A stretch of DNA of 64,000 nt from a candidate division WOR-3 bacterium (GTDB lineage Bacteria; Hydrothermota; Hydrothermia; JBDRYB01). Under the pieces are notes generated by a model. It was given only the letters and a program-made list of their open reading frames with translations, searched no databases and was not told the origin of the DNA. Location of the stretch: NCBI GenBank assembly GCA_039803205.1, contig JBDRYB010000003.1, positions 1 through 64,000 on the forward strand, in the 5' to 3' direction. The first letter of the stretch is position 1, and each line of letters opens with the position of its first letter. The position numbers were made by a program, and so were the translations under genes. This document shows, in pieces, positions 29,328 to 39,165 of the stretch.

Positions 29328-30362
29328 TTATAAGTCCGCGGGAAATCCCCGTTCAACTAGCTGCGCGTAGAAATCCAGAATATCCTGCAGTGAATCCAAA
29401 TTCAGCTTCTCTGGCTTAACTCCGAGGGCCCTCTTTATGGCGAGGGCCATGTCTCTTGGATCACCCGCCCTGAATGGGATAACTCCCTTTGGCCTGGGAA
29501 CGGCATCCGAGGCCACAACCGGAACCCCCAGCTCAAGCGCCTCAGCCATGGAGAGTCCGAAGCTATCGGAGAATGTGGGCCTGAGGAATACCTGAGAGAG
29601 GGGAAGGCATGTGTAAAAGGGCTCCTCCGCGTTAAGCCTGATGACCACATCGTTTTCAAGCCCAAGCTCCCTCATTCTTTCCTTGAATAAACCGAAAAGT
29701 CGTTCCTCGCCTATTTGGGATAAATAGATTATCAACCCGGCTTTCGGGAGCTCCTCTCTCAGGAGCGATAGGGCTTCCAGGGTGGACAGCAGGCCGTATA
29801 GGTCTGTCCGGTTCCATGATTTGAACAACAGCGCGGAGGTGCATAGCACGGGATGGTGAGATGACACGAAATCTCTGATAATGGGATGGGGTATTCCCCA
29901 GTCAGGTGGGGAGATGTATGGCCCTATGATCTCAACATTCCTCGCTCCCATCTCGGATAAACCGCGTGCTATTTCCTCGTTGACCGCGATGAACCAGGCC
30001 TTGGCCATCATGTATCTGAACTCCGGTTTTCTAATCAAGGATACATTCGGCGGATTCCTCATGCTGTGGACAGTGAATATCACCCTTTTCCCTCTGAGGC
30101 CCATTAGCGAAAGCCTCATCCTCGTTCCCCAGCCATGGGAGTGATAGTGAATTATACCCTCTCTCGCCCTGAATACAAACCGGTTGATCCACCTCCCCCT
30201 CAGGGGGAAGATGCCCTCCCCAGTGTGGTTTCCCGTATCATCGTAGACGGAGACCCTGAACCCCTTTTCCTTGAGCCTCGGGAACAATCTGAAGATGTGG
30301 GTAGATATACCTCCCCACGGCCTCGGCCAAGGCCCAACGAGAGCTAGGGAAGGCTTATCCAT
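29328..30362 (-). CDS. GT4 glycosyltransferase
   Basis: 'GGISTH', 'FLRPTFSDSFGLSMAEALELGVPVVASD'. Confidence 0.88.
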   Translation of the reverse strand: MDKPSLALVGPWPRPWGGISTHIFRLFPRLKEKGFRVSVYDDTGNHTGEGIFPLRGRWINRFVFRAREGIIHYHSHGWGTRMRLSLMGLRGKRVIFTVHSMRNPPNVSLIRKPEFRYMMAKAWFIAVNEEIARGLSEMGARNVEIIGPYISPPDWGIPHPIIRDFVSSHHPVLCTSALLFKSWNRTDLYGLLSTLEALSLLREELPKAGLIIYLSQIGEERLFGLFKERMRELGLENDVVIRLNAEEPFYTCLPLSQVFLRPTFSDSFGLSMAEALELGVPVVASDAVPRPKGVIPFRAGDPRDMALAIKRALGVKPEKLNLDSLQDILDFYAQLVERGFPADL

Positions 30363-32434
30363 CTTTCTCCCGAAAGGGCCTCGGATGCGGCGAGGGTCAA
30401 GAGGGTTGAGGAAACAGCCTCCTCAAACGCGAGGGGGACTGGCTCACGGCCGCGAATCAGGTTCGCTATAAGCCTAATCTGTTCCTTGTGGCCCTTGTCC
30501 TGATCCGGGAGCCTTATCTCCTTTTGGTCTTCCTCATAGAGGATCAGGGAGACGAAATCCTCCAGCACAGCGGATGATCCCTGACCCATCACCTCTATCC
30601 TTTCTTTTGGCATTTTCCTGCTCCCGCGCCCCGAGTAGATCACCACCCCAAGCGAGCCGTCGGGCCACCCAACCGAAACCGTGAACTCGTCCTTGTTCCC
30701 AGTTGCTTCAAGAAGGGTGAAGTCCTTGCCGAACACGAACACGAGGTAATCCAAGAAATGACACCCCTCGCCTATAAGCCTTCCGCCCCCTATTTCCGGA
30801 TCGTAAAGCCAGTGATCCAGAGGCAAGGCTCCGGCGTTAACCCTATAAACGAGGGTGGAGGGCCTGTGGGTCCTGATGAAACTCCGGAGCTCGGCCGAAA
30901 GAGGCGAATACCTTCTGTTGAATCCAACCACAACGGGCAATCCGGCCCTTCTCTGGGTTTCAATTATCCTCTCAAGCTGATGCGCGTTTATCGCGAGAGG
31001 CTTCTCAACGAACACGGGTTTGCCCGCCTCAAGCGCTTTTATGGTGATCTCCGCGTGGCTATCGTGTCTGGTAGTTATGAAGACCAGATTAACCTCAGGA
31101 TCCTCCAGTGCCTCCTGAAGGGTTGAGGCGCTCGCCCCGTATATCCTTGATGTCTCAAGCGCTTTCTCCCCAGAGGAAGCGACCACATGCCTTATCTGAA
31201 AATCAGGGGAGCTGGCGAGGAGGGGGAGATGGGTCTCACGAGCAAACCTTCCTGGACCAACGAGGGCAACCCCTATTTTTCCGCGCGTTTTTGGGGCCGC
31301 GGCCTTTATTGGTGCGGGGATATTCTCCAGTTCATACGAGAAGAGTATGGCTATGGGCGGGTTTTCCTTCTCCAGCTCTGCATAGGCTTCCGCGGCAGAG
31401 GCGATCGGAAATATCCGTGGTTTAAGGTCTCTATATGGTAGCACAGAGCCTTCAGCAACGAGGCGAAGGAAGTGTTCCATGTTCCTCCTCTCGGTCCAGC
31501 GCACATACTTCAAAGGGTAATCTATTCCCTTTTCCTCGTATGTGGGGTCGTATCTCCCTGGCCCATATGAGGTTGCCATAACCAGCTCCAGCTCCTTCTC
31601 ATACATGATCCTCCTATCCCCGGAGACCTCTGTGTTCCCCACGAGCACGACCCTCGCGCCTGGCCTGGCCATCTCAAAACCCAAATTGACCACATCTGAG
31701 CCGCCCCCAGATGTGCAAATGAGGACAGCATCAGCGCCTTGTCCTCCCGTAATTGTAGGAACAGCCCCCGCGGCCTCCTCAGGCCCAAAAACCTCAAAAC
31801 CCAGCTCCCTCGCCAGGCTGATCCTCTTCGGATTCCTTTCAACTCCTGTGACACGAAGACCTGATGCCCGGCCTATCAACGCCGCGAGGCTACCTATGAG
31901 GCCCAGGCCCACGATCGCGACCGTTTCGCCCATGCCGAGGCCAGCCCGCCTTAGGGCGTGGATGGCTATGGCTCCCACGGATACGAAAGCGGCATCTTTT
32001 GGATCAGCCCCCTCTGGCACGGGAACGCAGAGGTTCACTGGAACCGCGACCGTCTCCGCGTGATGGGCGAACTTCGTCCCCCCGCAAGCGACCCTCATGC
32101 CTGGCATTATGCCTTCTACGCCCTGGCCTACGCCCACAACGATCCCCGAGAGGCTGTATCCAAGGGGTTTTGGCGACCGGGCTTTCTCGCTGAGCTTCTT
32201 GTAAGAGGATACTGCCTTGCCCCGAATTAGGCTTTCCGCGGCTTTGAGGATGAGGGATGGATCTTGCCGAATGCGGCCGACCAGGGTAGGGGAGTGCGCC
32301 GCGACCGTGCCCCTTTCGGTCCCTGAGCTCAAGAGAGAATACTCTGTCCTGACGAGAACCTCTCCCGGGCCCAGAAAAGGTTCAGGCACATCCACAACCT
32401 CAACCCCCCCTGATCTGACTATGACCTTTCGCAT
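30344..32434 (-). CDS. Bi-domain oxidoreductase (MDR dehydrogenase plus Gfo/Idh/MocA)
   Basis: 'SSGTE', 'GLGLIG', 'SYGPGRYD..YEEKG.DYP', 'VFVEKP', 'GFNRR', 'GEGCHFLD'. Confidence 0.9.
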   Translation of the reverse strand: MRKVIVRSGGVEVVDVPEPFLGPGEVLVRTEYSLLSSGTERGTVAAHSPTLVGRIRQDPSLILKAAESLIRGKAVSSYKKLSEKARSPKPLGYSLSGIVVGVGQGVEGIMPGMRVACGGTKFAHHAETVAVPVNLCVPVPEGADPKDAAFVSVGAIAIHALRRAGLGMGETVAIVGLGLIGSLAALIGRASGLRVTGVERNPKRISLARELGFEVFGPEEAAGAVPTITGGQGADAVLICTSGGGSDVVNLGFEMARPGARVVLVGNTEVSGDRRIMYEKELELVMATSYGPGRYDPTYEEKGIDYPLKYVRWTERRNMEHFLRLVAEGSVLPYRDLKPRIFPIASAAEAYAELEKENPPIAILFSYELENIPAPIKAAAPKTRGKIGVALVGPGRFARETHLPLLASSPDFQIRHVVASSGEKALETSRIYGASASTLQEALEDPEVNLVFITTRHDSHAEITIKALEAGKPVFVEKPLAINAHQLERIIETQRRAGLPVVVGFNRRYSPLSAELRSFIRTHRPSTLVYRVNAGALPLDHWLYDPEIGGGRLIGEGCHFLDYLVFVFGKDFTLLEATGNKDEFTVSVGWPDGSLGVVIYSGRGSRKMPKERIEVMGQGSSAVLEDFVSLILYEEDQKEIRLPDQDKGHKEQIRLIANLIRGREPVPLAFEEAVSSTLLTLAASEALSGERWISLP

Positions 32435-32437
32435 TCT

Positions 32438-33148
32438 TCAGAAATACGCGCCAGCGCCGAAATAAAGCCCCCAGAGGTTGGAGTGGGATGTCACGGTATC
32501 ATCTCCGAACCTTGCGACCAGGCCCTGGCCCATAAAACCAAGGTTCAGGTATATTGGTTTATAGTGGTAAGAGAGCCCAATCTCTCCCGCGAAGCGCGCT
32601 CCTTCGCCCTCATCCGTATCCGTAGTCTGTCCCCAAGGATGATTGACGATCGTCCTCCTCTCCCCAGTAAAATAACCAATAGCTCCCCAGAACTTCGGGG
32701 AGAGGGCCATGTGCCGGGGCGGCATCTGATACCCAGCGGAAAAACCCAAGGAGTTCCCGTAGTGCCTGAATGTCAAGTTGCCCCACCACTGCTGGGATTC
32801 CCATGTTTCGGAGTGATAGACGAAGAGAAGCCCCAAATAGAAGTCAGAGGGGTAGACCTTCCCTTCAAGCGCGAAATCCATTCTGTCAAGATCGGCCTCA
32901 ACCTCTTCCACATCTCCTGTGTTGTGCTTGTGGACCTCCATAGAGGAAAAGCTCCCCGTGAGAAACTCAGCCCCTACGCCGAACATTCCAGAACGAAAGG
33001 AGCCATCAAATCCCCAAAGGGGGCCGGAGACCACTGCCCTGTCGTTGTCCTCCTGGTAAAAGCTCCACTCCGAGGGAACGACCGCTCGGAAGCCCCCTGA
33101 ACCCGAAATCTGAAGAGGGTTCTGTGAGATGATTAAGATAACAAGCAT
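32438..33148 (-). CDS. Probable outer-membrane beta-barrel protein
   Basis: Alternating aromatic beta-strands; C-terminal 'GLYFGAGAYF'. Confidence 0.7.
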   Translation of the reverse strand: MLVILIISQNPLQISGSGGFRAVVPSEWSFYQEDNDRAVVSGPLWGFDGSFRSGMFGVGAEFLTGSFSSMEVHKHNTGDVEEVEADLDRMDFALEGKVYPSDFYLGLLFVYHSETWESQQWWGNLTFRHYGNSLGFSAGYQMPPRHMALSPKFWGAIGYFTGERRTIVNHPWGQTTDTDEGEGARFAGEIGLSYHYKPIYLNLGFMGQGLVARFGDDTVTSHSNLWGLYFGAGAYF

Positions 33149-33149
33149 C

Positions 33150-33959
33150 TCAACTCTCCTTTGTTATATCCGAGAGCGCGTGAGAGAGCTCTCTGAGCTC
33201 CCTAACGAGGCGCCTGAACCCGGCGAAATCCAAGGCCTGCGGACCGTCAGATAGCGCTTCATCAGGCCTCGGGTGAACCTCAACCATTACCCCGTCCGCG
33301 CCAGCCGCCAGCGCGGCCCTTGCCATTGGTATAACGAGGTTTCTGCGCCCTGTTCCGTGGCTCGGATCAACTATCACTGGGAGGAATGTTTTCTCCTTGA
33401 GCAAGGGCACAGCCGCCAGGTCCAAGAGATTCCTGGTTTCATTATCGAAACCCCTCACCCCTCGCTCGCAGAGGATTATCCTCTTCTCCCCAGAAAGCAT
33501 AACATATTCGGCTGACCAGAGAAACTCCTTCAAGCTTGCCATCATCCCTCTTTTGAGGAGAACGGGCTTGCCCGCCTTGCCCACATCCTCAAGGAGCCTG
33601 TAGTTGAACATGTTTCTAGAGCCGATCTGGAATATATCAATGACCGGGGCCAGGAGGGACATATCCTCACGGGACATGACCTCTGAGACGACCTGGAGCC
33701 CGAACCTTTGTTTTGCCTCCGCTATTATCGGCAGGGCATCCCCTCCAAGGCCCCTGAAAGAATACGGTGATGTCCTCGGCTTGAAGATCCCCGCGCGCAT
33801 TATCCTTATCCCTTCCTCGGAGATAAGCTGAGCTATCTCAATAAGGCTCTCACGGGACTCAACCGCGCACGGTCCGGCTATGACCGTGAAACCCTGGCCG
33901 AGGCTCCATCGGCCCTCGGATGAATGGCCTTTTCCGAGAACAAGCTCCGGTTCCTGCAA
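33150..33959 (-). CDS. aroF: DAHP synthase (type I-beta)
   Basis: 'IAGPCAVES', 'FKPRTSPYSF', 'LCERG', 'VDPSHGTG', 'EVHP.PDEALSDG'. Confidence 0.92.
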   Translation of the reverse strand: MQEPELVLGKGHSSEGRWSLGQGFTVIAGPCAVESRESLIEIAQLISEEGIRIMRAGIFKPRTSPYSFRGLGGDALPIIAEAKQRFGLQVVSEVMSREDMSLLAPVIDIFQIGSRNMFNYRLLEDVGKAGKPVLLKRGMMASLKEFLWSAEYVMLSGEKRIILCERGVRGFDNETRNLLDLAAVPLLKEKTFLPVIVDPSHGTGRRNLVIPMARAALAAGADGVMVEVHPRPDEALSDGPQALDFAGFRRLVRELRELSHALSDITKES

Positions 33960-33992
33960 GAGGAAAATTATAAGGCCGTGCTGGGCGCTAAT

Positions 33993-35114
33993 TCAGCTTC
34001 GCCCAAAGGCAGACCATTTGACCGTATCCCTGAAGCTCGGGGGGAAAAGACCTTTGAATCCAGCCAGCAAGGCTGTCTCTGGGGATATGTAGCGCTCCAG
34101 GATCGCCTCCTCGGCTACCCTCGCTCCGCGAAACAGCTCCTCTATCTGGGAATCGGTGAGGTTTTTTGCCAGGCGCTCAACGGTGTCCCTCATGTCCAGG
34201 TTGATGATGAGCTCACCTGCGCCAGTCTTCATGACCCTCGCGTCCCGGAGAAGGGATGAGTAGACGGTCAAGAATGTCTCTGCGAGGCTCCTGTCTCTCC
34301 CTATGAAAGAGATGACATCAGCGATCGCTTCCCTATCGCCCAAGAGCACCGCGGCCGCTGACTTCCTAAGGAGCTGAGATTGTGGTCCGAGGAAACGTTT
34401 GGCCATGCCTATACTCCCTTCTGATAACCTGTGTAGGACGGGAATTGGGATCTCTCCCCCAAATGGGTAGCGAGAGAAGTCCTCCAGGCTGAGGGTAAAG
34501 AACCTTACCCTCCTTGCTCTGGAGAGTATCGTCGGGAGAATGAGCTTCGGGGACGAGGAGACCATCAGGAATGTGGTCCTGCCTCCCCCTCCCTCTTCAA
34601 GGGTTCTCAGGAATGCGTTCTGGGCCTCAGGTTTCATTGGGTCCATGAGATCGCCGTCAAGAATTACTATGAACCTGTGCTTTGCTTCAAATGGCGGTTT
34701 TTTTGCCTCCTCGCCAATCGCCCTTACTTGGTCTATGGTTATTTTGCTCTGCCAGGAGAAGTCATCGGGCCTTATGTGCGGCCTCCCGTAGAACCGGAGG
34801 GTGTATTCCCTATCCTCCTCCCTTCTGTTCCTCTCCTTATCAAGGCGCTCCTCGTATTCCTTGGGCAGGAGCACCATGAAATCCGGATGCGAGAACGAGA
34901 ACACCCTCTTGCAGTTCGTGCATTCTCGGCAAGGCCTTATCTCCTCGCTCTCGCAGAGCGCCGCAGCAACTACTTCGTGGGCCAGGGTTGCTTTGCCTAC
35001 CCCCAAAGGGCCCTCAAGGAGATACAGCGGGGTGTATGCCTCCTTCTCTATCACATTCGCGAATACCCTCTTCGGATAATCATTACCCAGGGTCCGAAAG
35101 AGTATCTGGGCCAC
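33993..35114 (-). CDS. holB: DNA polymerase III delta' subunit
   Basis: 'GPLGVGK'; Zn module C..PCRECTNC; 'HPDF'; 'AQNAFLRTLEE'; 'LPTILSR'. Confidence 0.85.
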   Translation of the reverse strand: MAQILFRTLGNDYPKRVFANVIEKEAYTPLYLLEGPLGVGKATLAHEVVAAALCESEEIRPCRECTNCKRVFSFSHPDFMVLLPKEYEERLDKERNRREEDREYTLRFYGRPHIRPDDFSWQSKITIDQVRAIGEEAKKPPFEAKHRFIVILDGDLMDPMKPEAQNAFLRTLEEGGGGRTTFLMVSSSPKLILPTILSRARRVRFFTLSLEDFSRYPFGGEIPIPVLHRLSEGSIGMAKRFLGPQSQLLRKSAAAVLLGDREAIADVISFIGRDRSLAETFLTVYSSLLRDARVMKTGAGELIINLDMRDTVERLAKNLTDSQIEELFRGARVAEEAILERYISPETALLAGFKGLFPPSFRDTVKWSAFGRS

Positions 35115-35189
35115 CCCAAATTATGGCGCATGCGTGGATACCCGTTCAAGGAATCCTCCTTGCGCACCAGCCCTCTTCGGGATTAAACT

Positions 35190-36101
35190 TTGCGTGTGAA
35201 AGTCTCTCTTCTCGTTCCCGCGTTCAACGAGGAGGAATGCCTTCCCCTCCTCGCGGAGGAGCTCAGGGATTTCATCGAGAGCAAGGGCGTCGCTGGGCAG
35301 ATTGAGTGCATAATAGTTGATGATGGCTCTTCTGACAGGACATACCGTGTCGGGCTTGAGCTGGCGGAGAAATACCCATTTATAAAGGTTGTAAGGCACT
35401 CCGCTAACCTCGGAAAGACTCAAGCCATCATAACCGGCGCGAGACGCGCTGAGGGGGATGTCCTCGTGATATTTGACGCGGACCTTCAATACTCCGTTGA
35501 GGACGCGTGGAGGCTCGCGGAGAGGGTGGCTGAGGGCTGGGACATAGCGGTTGGTTGGAAACAGGGGGATTACCAGAAGAAATTCGTCTCCTGGGTCTAC
35601 AACAGGCTCTCGCGGTGGCTCTTCTCCCTTCCGATACACGACATGAATTCAATGAAGGCAGTAAGGGCCGAGGTATTTCCGCACCTGGGCCTCAGGAGGG
35701 ACTGGCACAGGTATATGGTTCCTCTGGCGGTTGAGAAGGGTTTTACCGTGACAGAGGAGAAGGTGACCCTGAGGCCGCGCGCGGCCGGAAAGAGCAAATA
35801 CACGGGGTTCTGGCGCATAATCGTGGGTTTCGCTGACCTCCTCGCGGTTAAGTTCCAACTGACCATAATGCGCAAGCCCCTTCTTTATCTGGGAACGGCC
35901 GGGTTCGTTTCCGGCCTCACAGGGGTCGCAGTGGGCATCGCGGCTATCCTGATAAGATACATCGCCGGAATAGGCTACAGGCCCGTCCTCTACCTGGTTA
36001 TCCTGCTCGTTATATCCGGCCTCCTCTTGATAAGCATGGGCCTCGTTGGCGAGCTGGTTGCCGGGATCCAGGACCAGCTTGAGGCAAGGAACAGACCGTG
36101 A
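35190..36101 (+). CDS. GT2 polyprenol-phosphate glycosyltransferase
   Basis: 'PAFNEE', 'VDDGSSD', 'DADLQ'; two C-terminal TMs. Confidence 0.9.
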   Translation: MRVKVSLLVPAFNEEECLPLLAEELRDFIESKGVAGQIECIIVDDGSSDRTYRVGLELAEKYPFIKVVRHSANLGKTQAIITGARRAEGDVLVIFDADLQYSVEDAWRLAERVAEGWDIAVGWKQGDYQKKFVSWVYNRLSRWLFSLPIHDMNSMKAVRAEVFPHLGLRRDWHRYMVPLAVEKGFTVTEEKVTLRPRAAGKSKYTGFWRIIVGFADLLAVKFQLTIMRKPLLYLGTAGFVSGLTGVAVGIAAILIRYIAGIGYRPVLYLVILLVISGLLLISMGLVGELVAGIQDQLEARNRP

Positions 36102-36129
36102 TCATCTGCTCTCCAGGCCCACGGACCAA

Positions 36130-37065
36130 ATGACCCTCCGCATCCTCCTCGCCCTTATCCTTCTTATCGTTCTTTTTGCCCTCGAGATCCTTCTCGGCCC
36201 CGGCGGGTTTCCGGATGGCCCTCTTTTTACCATCAGGCTCACGAGGGCACTTTTGGCCCTTTTTGTGGGAGCAAGCCTCTCGGTGTCGGGCTCGGCTTTG
36301 CAATCCCTTTTCCAGAACCCGCTTGCGGATCCGTATGTCCTTGGGACCGCTTCAGGCGCGGCTCTGGGATATGCTCTGGGGTTCTTCTTCGGCTTCAAAA
36401 ACCCCGGCGCCCTTTCTCTGCCAGCCGCGGGTGGCGCGGTTGGCTCGCTCTTCGTTGTCTATGCCCTCTCGTCTGTGCGTGGCAAACTATCGGGGACCAG
36501 AATGCTCCTTTCTGGGGTGATGGTTGGGTTTTTCGCGTCCGGTTTGGTTGCTGTTCTCATGATCCTGGCCAAGGCAGAGGCAATAAGGACCTTCTATGTG
36601 CTCTGGGGAAACCTCGGCGTTGTGATAACCCGCGGGGATGTTCCTTGGCTTGTGGCCATGGCCGCCGCGATCATCGCTGGGACGACCGCTCTTGTGATTC
36701 TCTCCAGAGAGCTGGATGCCCTGAGCCTCGGCGAGACAGAGGCTCTCTCTTTGGGGGTGAATGTCCAGGCTCTCAAAACGGCCGTCTTCATCACAACAGG
36801 CGTGATTGTCGGTATAGCGACATCCGTGGTTGGCGCGGTTGGCTTTGTTGGGCTTGTTGTCCCACATGCGGTGAGGAGGCTCCTTTCCCCCAGACACTCG
36901 GTCCTCCTCCCAGGCTCGGCTGTGGGCGGCGCGGCCCTGGTTCTCTCCTCCGATCTCCTCTTGCGGCTTCTTGGCTTTTATCAGCTTCCTGTTGGGGTGA
37001 TAACCAGCCTGGTCGGCGTTCCCTTCTTCCTATACATAATGAGGGCGAAGGCAGGAGAGAGCTGA
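36130..37065 (+). CDS. FecCD/BtuC-family ABC permease
   Basis: 'QNPLADPYVLG', 'LGETEALSLGV', 'GFVGLVVPH', 'LPVGVITSLVGVPFF'. Confidence 0.92.
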   Translation: MTLRILLALILLIVLFALEILLGPGGFPDGPLFTIRLTRALLALFVGASLSVSGSALQSLFQNPLADPYVLGTASGAALGYALGFFFGFKNPGALSLPAAGGAVGSLFVVYALSSVRGKLSGTRMLLSGVMVGFFASGLVAVLMILAKAEAIRTFYVLWGNLGVVITRGDVPWLVAMAAAIIAGTTALVILSRELDALSLGETEALSLGVNVQALKTAVFITTGVIVGIATSVVGAVGFVGLVVPHAVRRLLSPRHSVLLPGSAVGGAALVLSSDLLLRLLGFYQLPVGVITSLVGVPFFLYIMRAKAGES

Positions 37066-37150
37066 ACCTTGCCCTCGCGCTGTCAACGGCTCCATAATTT
37101 CGGAGTGATGGGGATCTTCCCTATAAATCCACGAATCTTCCGACCCTTAT

Positions 37151-37597
37151 ATGGATAATCAAACCGTTTTCATGTCCCTGGCTCTTGAGGAGGCCAGAAA
37201 GGCCCTCTCGGAGGGAGAGGTTCCAGTAGGTTGCGTTATCGTTATTCATGGCGAGGTCATTGCCCGCGCCCACAACAGAACAGAATCCCTCCGAGACCCG
37301 ACCGCTCACGCGGAGATGCTCGCATTGCGAGAAGCGGCTGAAAGGCTTGGGGATTGGCGGCTTGAGGGTGCCAGCGTCTATGTCACCCTTGAGCCGTGCG
37401 TTATGTGCGCGGGCGCGCTGGTTCTGGCAAGAGTAAAGGAGGTGGTTTACGCGGCAGAGGACGAAAGGTTCGGCGCCATGAGCCTCTACGGCTTGCCTTC
37501 GGATCCCAGGTTGAACCACAGGTTTAGGCTGATAAAGGGCCCCTTGGGGGATGAGGCGCTGGAGGTCCTCAGAGGGTTCTTCCTAACGAGGAGATGA
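37151..37597 (+). CDS. tadA: tRNA adenosine(34) deaminase
   Basis: 'EVPVG', 'DPTAHAE', 'TLEPCVMC'. Confidence 0.9.
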   Translation: MDNQTVFMSLALEEARKALSEGEVPVGCVIVIHGEVIARAHNRTESLRDPTAHAEMLALREAAERLGDWRLEGASVYVTLEPCVMCAGALVLARVKEVVYAAEDERFGAMSLYGLPSDPRLNHRFRLIKGPLGDEALEVLRGFFLTRR

Positions 37598-38882
37598 TCT
37601 CATCCAACTCCCTCTTCGCCCTCTCGGCTATGAACTCTCTTCTCGTTTTGCCCCTGAGGCCCTCCGGGACATCCCTGAAGAGGGCTATGTGCAGGTTCGT
37701 GGGCTGGTAATTCTCGGTGGGTGCGGCGGTTATCGCCCTGAAGAGCGTTCCTATTCCAGTATGGGCTGGGAATTCCAGAGCCTCCTCCCCTTTGGCGAGC
37801 CTCGCCGCGTTCAGGCCCGCCAGAAGCCCCCCTGCCGCGGCCTCCATGTATCCCTCTGTTCCAGAGAGCTGGCCGGCTACGAATATACCTGGTTTCGCTA
37901 TAAGCTCCAGGGTTGGTTTAAGTAGCGCTGGCGCGTTCAGGTAAGTGTTCCTGTGAACCGCGCCATATCTCAGGAATTCAGCCCTCTCAAGGCCCGGTAT
38001 CATCCTGAAAACCCTCTCCTGCTCAGGTATTCTCAGCTGGGTCTGGAATCCGACCAAAGAGAAGGCCGTGCGTTCAGCGTTCTCCGGCCTCAACTGCACG
38101 GCCGCGTATGGCTCCTTTCCTGTTGCGGGGTCCTTAAGGCCTGATGGCCTCATGGGGCCGTATATAAGGGTCTCTGGCCCTCGAGCGGCCATCACCTCTA
38201 TGGGAAGGCACCCTTCAAAGTATGGTATTCTCTCGTCAAAATGGGGCCTGTGGGTCTCGGCTGAGATGAGGGCCTCGTAAAACCTCGTGTATTCCTCTTT
38301 TGTCATGGGGGCATTGAGATATGCCTCCTGTTCCCAGCCGTGCCTGTCTGCCCAGAACATCCTGGAGAACTCCAGGCTCTCTCCGGAAACGATGGGGCTC
38401 AGCGCGTCGTAAAAATAGAGGAATTCCTGGCCTATGAGCTTGCTCATGGATTTGGCGAGCGCGTCAGATGTCAGCGGTCCTGTTGCTATTATCGCTATGG
38501 GTTCAGGCACATCCCGAACCTCCTCCCTCCTTATCTCAACATTCGGGTGATCCTCAAGCGCTTTGGTTATGTAGCTGGCAAAAGCCTTCCTATCAACGAC
38601 CAAGGCCTTCCCTCCCGGAATCGCGGATCGCTCCGCGGCCTCCATTATCAAAGAACCTAGCCGTTTCAACTCCTCTTTCAATATCCCTTGAGCCGAGAGG
38701 ATGTCCTTTGATTTAAGGGAATTGGAGCAGACAAGCTCCCCGAGGAGACCCGAGGAATGCGCGGGGGTCATCCTTCTGGGCCTCATCTCGTAAAGGATGG
38801 CCCTGATGCCTTGATTGGCGATTGTCCAAGCGGCCTCTGAGCCGGCAAGGCCTCCTCCGATGACCTTTACCCTTAGAGCCAT
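37569..38882 (-). CDS. trmFO: tRNA m5U54 methyltransferase TrmFO
   Basis: 'GGGLAGSEAA', 'EMRP', 'ELVCSNS', 'FEGCLPIE', 'HRNTY', 'AGQLSGTEGY'. Confidence 0.95.
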   Translation of the reverse strand: MALRVKVIGGGLAGSEAAWTIANQGIRAILYEMRPRRMTPAHSSGLLGELVCSNSLKSKDILSAQGILKEELKRLGSLIMEAAERSAIPGGKALVVDRKAFASYITKALEDHPNVEIRREEVRDVPEPIAIIATGPLTSDALAKSMSKLIGQEFLYFYDALSPIVSGESLEFSRMFWADRHGWEQEAYLNAPMTKEEYTRFYEALISAETHRPHFDERIPYFEGCLPIEVMAARGPETLIYGPMRPSGLKDPATGKEPYAAVQLRPENAERTAFSLVGFQTQLRIPEQERVFRMIPGLERAEFLRYGAVHRNTYLNAPALLKPTLELIAKPGIFVAGQLSGTEGYMEAAAGGLLAGLNAARLAKGEEALEFPAHTGIGTLFRAITAAPTENYQPTNLHIALFRDVPEGLRGKTRREFIAERAKRELDEIISSLGRTL

Positions 38883-38904
38883 TGTCCCTCAGTCTATGGC
38901 CGCG

Positions 38905-39159
38905 TTACTTTGATCCCCTCCAGAATTCCCTGAGCTTTCCGAAGGCCCCCTCAAGCCCCTCCGGCGCCGGTTTTTTCCCCGCGAAGATCTCCAAGATGCT
39001 TATGTCGTCAAGCTCAAGCAGGAGCTCAAATCCTACAAGCTCATCCTCGCTCATTTCCGGAGACACCCGCTCTGCAAATGGTCTCAGTAGTTCCTCGGCC
39101 TCAAGCTTTGAGCGCCTTGAAGCCCTGTATAGGATGCGGCGTTGACGCTCGCTGAGCAA
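38905..39159 (-). CDS. sdhE: SdhE/Sdh5-like flavinylation (assembly) factor
   Basis: 84 aa; 'RRILYRASRRSKLEAEELL..F', 'EL..FELLLELDD'. Confidence 0.7.
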   Translation of the reverse strand: MLSERQRRILYRASRRSKLEAEELLRPFAERVSPEMSEDELVGFELLLELDDISILEIFAGKKPAPEGLEGAFGKLREFWRGSK

Positions 39160-39165
39160 AGGTCC

